Source of the DNA: an uncultured Alphaproteobacteria bacterium
GTDB lineage: Bacteria; Pseudomonadota; Alphaproteobacteria; UBA7985; CAJQQZ01
Direction of reading: 5' to 3'
Assembly (NCBI GenBank): GCA_905480575.1
Contig: CAJQQZ010000030.1
Location: forward strand, 3,521 to 67,520
DNA: 64,000 nucleotides
Shown here: one piece after another, positions 58,369-64,000 of the stretch
Numbering within the stretch: the first letter of the stretch is position 1
Layout of the letters: each line of letters opens with the position of its first letter
The notes under the pieces: model-generated
Databases searched by the model: none
The model's input: the letters and a program-made list of their open reading frames with translations, nothing else
What the model was told of the DNA's origin: nothing
Position numbers and translations under genes: made by a program

Positions 58369-58527
58369 TTAGTCTTTCTTTAAAACAAAATGTTTGCTGC
58401 AATAAGGGCAGTCAATGGCACCCTTGCCGCGCATGTTCAGATATACCTTTGGATGACCGAGCGCACCGCCGCCGCCTTCACAAGCAACTTTTTCCTGGTT
58501 CACTTCAACAGTTTCCGCGCCTTGCAT
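58369..58527 (-). CDS. CHCC zinc-finger protein (NDUFS6-like), 52 aa
   Basis: Hand translation MQGAETVEVNQEKVACEGGGGALGHPKVYLNMRGKGAIDCPYCSKHFVLKKD*; C..G....GHP.V....CPYC motif. Below the ORF-track cutoff. Confidence 0.92.
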   Translation of the reverse strand: MQGAETVEVNQEKVACEGGGGALGHPKVYLNMRGKGAIDCPYCSKHFVLKKD

Positions 58528-58675
58528 CTCTTCTATCCCAATCTAGATAAGATTTCATTGCAAGCGATTTATCAGCAAAGCGAGATGAAAACAAGTTTCT
58601 CTGACGGGCAAAATTGATTCCTTTACCAAGCACACAGACATTTCGTAGAAGAATGAAAATTTACCAGGAAAACCC

Positions 58676-59647
58676 GTGGCCCAACTCCCAGATTTAGCAA
58701 TCAATGCCCAAGCCATCACCAAAATTTACAAAGATGGCAAGCCAAACAGCCCCGCAAAGAAAGCGCTGGATACTGTTGATCTCCAGGTGCCTCGCGGATC
58801 GCTCTTTGGTCTTCTTGGTCCCAATGGTGCAGGCAAGTCTACATTGATCAACATCATGGCTGACCTGGTGAACAAATCATCCGGGTCGCTATCTATTTGG
58901 GGCTATGACATCGACAAGCGACCCAGACAGTCGCGCGCTGCCATCGGTATTGTTCCACAAGAGCTGACCTTCGATCCCTATTTTTCTCCACGACAAGTAC
59001 TTGAACTACAAGCGGGCATGTATGGAGTTCCACCAAAAGAGCGAAGAACGATGGAGCTTTTGGAAACAGTGGGGCTAGCCGACAAGGCCGACGCCTATGC
59101 TCGGTCGTTGTCAGGCGGCATGAAACGCCGCCTGATGGTCGCAAAGGCGATGGTTCACACGCCTCCGATCCTGGTTTTGGACGAGCCAACGGCCGGCGTC
59201 GACGTGGAACTGAGGCGCATGCTTTGGGAACACGTGAAGGAACTAAACAATCTCGGGGTCACTATTGTCTTAACAACGCACTATCTAGAGGAAGCAGAAG
59301 AGCTTTGTGACCGCATCGCAATCATCAACCAGGGCCAGATCGTTGCTTGCGAAGACAAACCAATCCTTTTGAATAGGATCGACAGCAAGAAAGTCGTGAT
59401 TTCTCTACAGAAATTACCTCAGACTCTACCCACTGCCCTCAAAGCTTTTTCACCAGAAGTGATACAGCCATCTGCTTCCTCTTCTGGCTTGACCCAATTG
59501 GCGTTCTCCTATCGCCGAAGCGACAGCCCGATCAGCGCAATTCTATCTGCTGTAGCCTCTGCTGGTTTGGAAATTTGTGATATATCGACCGAAGAAAGCG
59601 ACCTTGAAGACATATTCTTGCAACTCACATCCAACAAAGCCGCCTGA
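58676..59647 (+). CDS. ABC-2 type exporter ATP-binding protein (YadG-like)
   Basis: GPNGAGKST, LSGGMKRR, LDEPTAGVDV, LTTHYLEEAE. Confidence 0.93.
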   Translation: MAQLPDLAINAQAITKIYKDGKPNSPAKKALDTVDLQVPRGSLFGLLGPNGAGKSTLINIMADLVNKSSGSLSIWGYDIDKRPRQSRAAIGIVPQELTFDPYFSPRQVLELQAGMYGVPPKERRTMELLETVGLADKADAYARSLSGGMKRRLMVAKAMVHTPPILVLDEPTAGVDVELRRMLWEHVKELNNLGVTIVLTTHYLEEAEELCDRIAIINQGQIVACEDKPILLNRIDSKKVVISLQKLPQTLPTALKAFSPEVIQPSASSSGLTQLAFSYRRSDSPISAILSAVASAGLEICDISTEESDLEDIFLQLTSNKAA

Positions 59648-59721
59648 AAATCATTTACCTATAGCGGCCCTTAAGCTATTAGGCAGCTACTTCCTTTCAG
59701 GCCTGATTTTTAGGCCTCCGC

Positions 59722-59798
59722 GGACCCATAGCTCAGTTGGATAGAGTGCTGCCCTCCGAAGGCAGAGGCCGCTGGTTCGAATCCAGCTGGGTCCGCCA
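59722..59798 (+). tRNA. tRNA-Arg (anticodon CCG)
   Basis: GGACCCA/TGGGTCC acceptor stem, TAGCTCAGTTGGATAGAG D arm, CTGCC-CTCCGAA-GGCAG anticodon arm, GGTTCGAATCC T arm, encoded CCA. Confidence 0.97.
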
Positions 59799-59807
59799 AT
59801 GATTTCA

Positions 59808-59885
59808 TGTGTCTGGCCCGAAGACATAGGTAACAGTTTGTACCTAAAACATCAGTGACTAAGTCGAGCGAACTCTTGGCTCGCC
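59808..59885. mobile_element. Possible remnant of a TGT-ended transposon end next to tRNA-Arg
   Basis: TGT at 59808; imperfect 18-nt direct repeat 59818-59835/59843-59860 (12/18 identical); hairpin 59865-59883. No transposase in the window. Confidence 0.35.
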
Positions 59886-59956
59886 GAAATTTATGTTTCC
59901 AATCGAGTAGGAACTATTATAGAAACGTCCCACTATTTAGGTGAAGGAGTTAAGTA

Positions 59957-60973
59957 ATGCGGATTTTGATTATCGGCCTTGGGTCAATGGGCAAAAGAAG
60001 AGCTGGTAATCTTTTGGGCTTGTCGAGAGTAACGGAAGTTCGTGGATGGGACCCAAGAGAAGACAGGCGACAAGAAGCAGAAGCCCAAAGAGGAATCACC
60101 ACTTTTGTGGAACTAGATCAGGCCTATGATTGGAAACCTGATGCAATCGTTATTTCTACTCCCCCAAATTACCATACAATCTACGCAAAGCAAGCGGCTA
60201 CTCTCAAGATTCCATTCTTTGTAGAGGCATCGGTTCTTGACGATGGATTAGACGAAGTTGTCGGAATTCTTAATGATAATCATGCACTTGGCGTTCCGTC
60301 ATGCACAATGAGGTTTCACCCTGATGTTCAGGCGATGAAACGCCTTATTGAGGATGGTGCTTTAGGCGATCCAACAAACAGAATTGGCTTTACATACCAT
60401 ATGGGGCAATACTTGCCAGACTGGCATCCAAATGAAGATTACAGGAAGTTCTACGTAGGGCAGAAAGAAACTTCAGCTGCTCGCGAAATGGTTTGTTTTG
60501 AGGCGGTGTGGATGTCTTGGCTCATTGGACTGCCAAAGCAAGTTATGGCGCAGCGATCCAAATTGACAGATTTAGATGCCGACATTGATGACATTTATCA
60601 ATTGCTGACAGTCCACGAGACTGGTGCAATGGGATCCACGATGATTGATGTCATAGCGCGCCATCCATATCGGCATCTGAGACTATTGAGCGAAGATGGC
60701 ATTATAGAATGGTCTGCCCTGGATAAAAGCCTGAAATATTTCGACGGCAAAACCAAGTCCTGGTCTCAAATTGGAGATGGCGACAAAACAGGTTACAGCG
60801 GTGGAAACTTCACGGGCGAAGAAATGTACGTGAAGGAAATGGATGCATTCCTTGATGTAGCCGAAGGAAATCGAGCAGCTTTCCCATATTCGTTTGAAGA
60901 TGATATTCGAGTACTTTCATACCTAAGAGCAGCTGAGACAAGTGACGATACTGGACGCCTTGTAAAACTATAG
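59957..60973 (+). CDS. Gfo/Idh/MocA oxidoreductase (sugar-nucleotide pathway associated)
   Basis: IIGLGSMGKR, AIVISTPPNYH, GQYLPDWHP.EDYR. Confidence 0.88.
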   Translation: MRILIIGLGSMGKRRAGNLLGLSRVTEVRGWDPREDRRQEAEAQRGITTFVELDQAYDWKPDAIVISTPPNYHTIYAKQAATLKIPFFVEASVLDDGLDEVVGILNDNHALGVPSCTMRFHPDVQAMKRLIEDGALGDPTNRIGFTYHMGQYLPDWHPNEDYRKFYVGQKETSAAREMVCFEAVWMSWLIGLPKQVMAQRSKLTDLDADIDDIYQLLTVHETGAMGSTMIDVIARHPYRHLRLLSEDGIIEWSALDKSLKYFDGKTKSWSQIGDGDKTGYSGGNFTGEEMYVKEMDAFLDVAEGNRAAFPYSFEDDIRVLSYLRAAETSDDTGRLVKL

Positions 60974-61013
60974 TCCTGTTTTTGGATTGATAAAATTTTA
61001 GTGAGCTCATGAA

Positions 61014-61997
61014 ATGACACTTAAAGGGAAGCGCGTTCTTGTAACTGGAGCCGGTGGTTTCATCGGCAGCCATTTGACGGAAAGATTGGTCGAAATGGGA
61101 GCAGATACAACTGCTCTGGTTCGTTACAATTCTTGCTCAAATAGAGGCTGGCTGGAACAATCTCGTCACGCAAAGAACATCAAGTTCGAATTTGGTGATA
61201 TTGTTGATCAGTCCTTTGTACGATCGATCGTCAAGGACCAGGATTACGTCTTTCATCTTGCTGCCTTGATAGGAATACCGTTTTCCTATGTTGCACCGAA
61301 CTATTATGTGGCAACCAACGTTCAAGGCACAGTCAACATTGTAGAAGCGGTCAGAGATTTTGGTGTTTCTCGTCTACTCACTACTTCAACATCAGAAACC
61401 TATGGTACGGCAAGAACAACGCCCATCAGAGAAGATCATCCCATGCAGCCGCAGAGCCCTTACTCTGCGTCAAAAATTGCTGCCGATAATCTGGCTCAAT
61501 CCTTTTATCTTTCTTTTGATACTCCTGTAACCATTGTCCGGCCATTCAACACTTTCGGGCCTCGCCAATCTGCGCGAGCAATCATCCCCACCATAATTTC
61601 ACAATTGTTGACGCAAGATCAGCTTTCATTGGGCAGTTTGAGTCCAACTCGGGATCTGAATTATGTCGGAAACACAGTGGATGGTTTCATAGCAGCGGCG
61701 CTTTCAGACAAGGCGATAGGAGAAACTATAAACTTTGGCTTTGGAAAAGAAATTTCCATTGGTGATCTTGCGCAGCTGATCATGCAAATCATGGGCAAAA
61801 AGGTTGAAATTGTGACAGAAGAGGTCCGGCTTCGCCCAGAAAAATCTGAAGTGTTCAGATTGATTTCTGACAACAGCAGGGCGAAAGAAATCACAGGCTG
61901 GGAACCAAAGATTGGATTAAAAGAAGGGTTGACCGAAACTATTCATTGGCTCGAGAAAAACATATCGAGGTATAGGCCAAATGAATACGCTCGGTAA
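61014..61997 (+). CDS. legB: NAD-dependent nucleotide-sugar 4,6-dehydratase, LegB-like
   Basis: VTGAGGFIGSHL, HLAALIGIPFSY, STSETYG, PQSPYSASK, RPFNTFGPRQSARA, RLRPEKSEV.RL. Confidence 0.8.
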   Translation: MTLKGKRVLVTGAGGFIGSHLTERLVEMGADTTALVRYNSCSNRGWLEQSRHAKNIKFEFGDIVDQSFVRSIVKDQDYVFHLAALIGIPFSYVAPNYYVATNVQGTVNIVEAVRDFGVSRLLTTSTSETYGTARTTPIREDHPMQPQSPYSASKIAADNLAQSFYLSFDTPVTIVRPFNTFGPRQSARAIIPTIISQLLTQDQLSLGSLSPTRDLNYVGNTVDGFIAAALSDKAIGETINFGFGKEISIGDLAQLIMQIMGKKVEIVTEEVRLRPEKSEVFRLISDNSRAKEITGWEPKIGLKEGLTETIHWLEKNISRYRPNEYAR

Positions 61998-62015
61998 AAC
62001 TGAATTTGGGTCAAA

Positions 62016-63197
62016 TTGATGGTTATCGCTGTTTCAGAACCCAACGTTGGCCAACGGGAATACAAAAACCTTGCTCATTGTATTGATAGCGGTTGGGTTT
62101 CTGCTAAGGGCAGTTTTGTAACCGAATTTGAGAAACGAGTAGCCGAAAGTATGGGCAGTACCGCGGCCGGTTTTGCTACTTGTTCTGGTACGACAGCGCT
62201 GCATCTTTCACTGCATTGTGTGGGTGTGAAAAGCGGTGATCTGGTTATTTGCCCTGGCTTCTCTTTTATTGCAACGGCTAATGCTATCGCTCACGCTGGC
62301 GCCACACCTTGGTTTTTTGACATAGATTCCAGTAATTGGTGCTTGGATGTTGAAAAACTTGAAGCCGCGCTCGAACAAGAATTAGTGAAAGACACGTCCG
62401 GGGTCTGGGTCCGAAAAGACTGTGGTCGACCTTTGTCGGCAATTATGCCCGTCTATACATTGGGCAACACACCTGACTTGCAAAAAATCCTGAATCTGGC
62501 TCGTAAGTATGACCTCAAGATTGTAGCTGATGCAGCTTGCGCGGTTGGCAGTACTCATTTGGGAGAAAAACTGGCGCGCTACGCCGACTTGAGCTGTTTG
62601 AGTTTCAATGGCAACAAATTGGTTACCACTGGATGTGGTGGTATGATTGTCGGCGGAAGAAGCGACAACGAAGAGAAGCAACCCATCGAGCTTGCTCGTC
62701 ATGTTGGTGAAACTGCAAGGGTACTTCCAGGCTATGATCATGATCGCGTTGGTTACAATTACCGAATGTCAAATATCGAAGCGGCGGTCGGTTGTGCTCA
62801 ATTGGATCGGTTGGACGAATTCTTAGAGAGAAAACAACAAATCCGAGACTTCTACAAAAAAGTTCTTGAAGACTTGGACGGTATGAATCCTTTTCCGGAT
62901 ATCAACGAAAACGACAGCTGCAATTGGCTATCAGGTGTCGTGATCGAGAATTCGTCCGAAATGGAGATTGAGGACATTAAATCTTTGTTCCGTGGCGCCT
63001 CTGTGCAGCTGATGCCTTTCTGGAAGCCATTACATTTGCAGCCTCCCTTTGTTGAGGCTCCTTGCCAAGATCTATCCGTAACGGAACAATTGTGGACGCA
63101 GATATTTGCTTTGCCTTGTTCCACGGGGATAACAGACGAACAGTTGAAAATAGTTGCAGATTTACTGAGAAGTTTTTCTGGAACCAGGTCAAAATAA
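62016..63197 (+). CDS. legC: DegT/DnrJ-family aminotransferase, LegC-like
   Basis: GWVSAKG.FV.EFE, SGTTALHL, FIATANAI, DAAC, SFNGNKLVTTG, GYNYRMSNI.AA.G.AQ. Confidence 0.8.
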   Translation: MMVIAVSEPNVGQREYKNLAHCIDSGWVSAKGSFVTEFEKRVAESMGSTAAGFATCSGTTALHLSLHCVGVKSGDLVICPGFSFIATANAIAHAGATPWFFDIDSSNWCLDVEKLEAALEQELVKDTSGVWVRKDCGRPLSAIMPVYTLGNTPDLQKILNLARKYDLKIVADAACAVGSTHLGEKLARYADLSCLSFNGNKLVTTGCGGMIVGGRSDNEEKQPIELARHVGETARVLPGYDHDRVGYNYRMSNIEAAVGCAQLDRLDEFLERKQQIRDFYKKVLEDLDGMNPFPDINENDSCNWLSGVVIENSSEMEIEDIKSLFRGASVQLMPFWKPLHLQPPFVEAPCQDLSVTEQLWTQIFALPCSTGITDEQLKIVADLLRSFSGTRSK

Positions 63198-63242
63198 GTC
63201 ATTTGCGAACGGGAAAACCGTTCAATTCGAAAGGAAAACGAG

Positions 63243-64000
63243 ATGAGTTCAGTTGAAATTGGTGGCGTTAAAGTCGGAGATGGAAACCCGGTCTACGTCG
63301 TAGCTGAAATGGCCTGGTCCCACGATGGAACGGTCGAAAATGGCAAAAAGATCATCGATATAGCAGCAGCTGGTGGCGCCCAAGCCATCAACATGCACCT
63401 CACGTCGGTTGCCGATTACATCGTGCCTAACTATGGTTTGGATATTTCACCTTTGGCAGACAACAAAGATCCAAATTCGGCTTTTAACTACCTAGCGAAT
63501 ATCAATCTTTCATTCGGCGATTTCAAAAACCTGGCGGCTCATGCAAGATCGCTTGGCTTATCCGTTTCGATTATGTGTAACGATGATCCTTCTTTGGATT
63601 ATGCCGCTGCAGAGATTAATCCAGAAATCCTGATGATCCATCCATCCTGCGTTGGCGACCGAGATTTTGTTGCTAGAGTGGCTGAGAAAGCAAACGTTTT
63701 ACTGCTCTATGTTGGTGGCCTAAGCCTTGGAGAAATTGAAAGATCTGTCATTGCGGCAAGCGAAGCAGGTTGTGATTCGATTATCTTGCAACATGGCTTT
63801 CAATCCTACCCGACACCGATTGAAGAGAATAATCTGCATTATATTCCTACACTAAAGAAACTTTTTGATGTTCCCGTCGCCTTTGGTGATCATACGGATG
63901 GCGGTGATCCTTTTGCTCTGGTTATTCCAGCAGTCGCCACTGGCGTTGGCGCAAACCTTATTGAAAAACATTTGACCCATGATCGTTCGGTCAAAGGTGA
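63243..64000 (+). CDS. N-acetylneuraminate-synthase (NeuB) family protein, divergent; truncated by the window edge
   Basis: Not in the ORF track. Hand translation MSSVEIGGVKVGDGNPVYVVAEMAWSHDG...LQHGFQSYPTP..NL..I..LK..F.VPVAFGDHT...LIEKHLTHDRS.KG; no stop before 64000. Confidence 0.85.
   Translation, partial: MSSVEIGGVKVGDGNPVYVVAEMAWSHDGTVENGKKIIDIAAAGGAQAINMHLTSVADYIVPNYGLDISPLADNKDPNSAFNYLANINLSFGDFKNLAAHARSLGLSVSIMCNDDPSLDYAAAEINPEILMIHPSCVGDRDFVARVAEKANVLLLYVGGLSLGEIERSVIAASEAGCDSIILQHGFQSYPTPIEENNLHYIPTLKKLFDVPVAFGDHTDGGDPFALVIPAVATGVGANLIEKHLTHDRSVKG

Noticed and set aside
58390-58617. 75-aa + strand ORF
   Set aside because: Antisense shadow of the CHCC zinc-finger gene.
59647-64000. 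Intact integrative element or prophage at tRNA-Arg
   Set aside because: No integrase, transposase or phage gene follows the tRNA within the window; only a possible scar is reported.
1-64000. CRISPR array, rRNA or long tandem repeats
   Set aside because: No regularly spaced repeats or rRNA-like sequence seen by eye; short dispersed repeats could be missed without a self-alignment.

Overview
A 64-kb window of an alphaproteobacterial chromosome; the gene order (argJ-mutT, lysC-ptsP, argH-lysA-TIGR02302, etfAB, folD-yggU-yggT) is typical of that class, and finer taxonomy cannot be fixed from the sequence alone. The left third is accessory and catabolic. It holds a family-5 ABC importer, a frameshifted DUF3095 gene, pcaD-pcaF, and a two-gene module of exported proteins (Sel1-repeat protein plus a ~1110-codon transglutaminase-like/VWA/Gly-rich protein) in which both genes are broken. 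It also holds a tight five-gene operon: two-subunit aconitase X, two GcvT-family flavin dehydrogenases and a non-pyrrolysine MttB methyltransferase. That operon is the best candidate for an undescribed pathway, possibly catabolism of a hydroxylated betaine. The middle is mostly housekeeping, with an inserted barnase/barstar pair, a GNAT-MutT fusion and a candidate structured sRNA upstream of ccmA. The right end has tRNA-Arg(CCG), a possible transposon-end scar, and the start of a nonulosonic-acid (LegB/LegC) cluster whose NeuB-like gene has a remodelled active site. Three genes missing from the ORF track were translated by hand: the fused ABC ATPase at the left edge, a 52-aa CHCC zinc finger, and the NeuB-like gene at the right edge. 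All family assignments come from motif recognition, not database searches.
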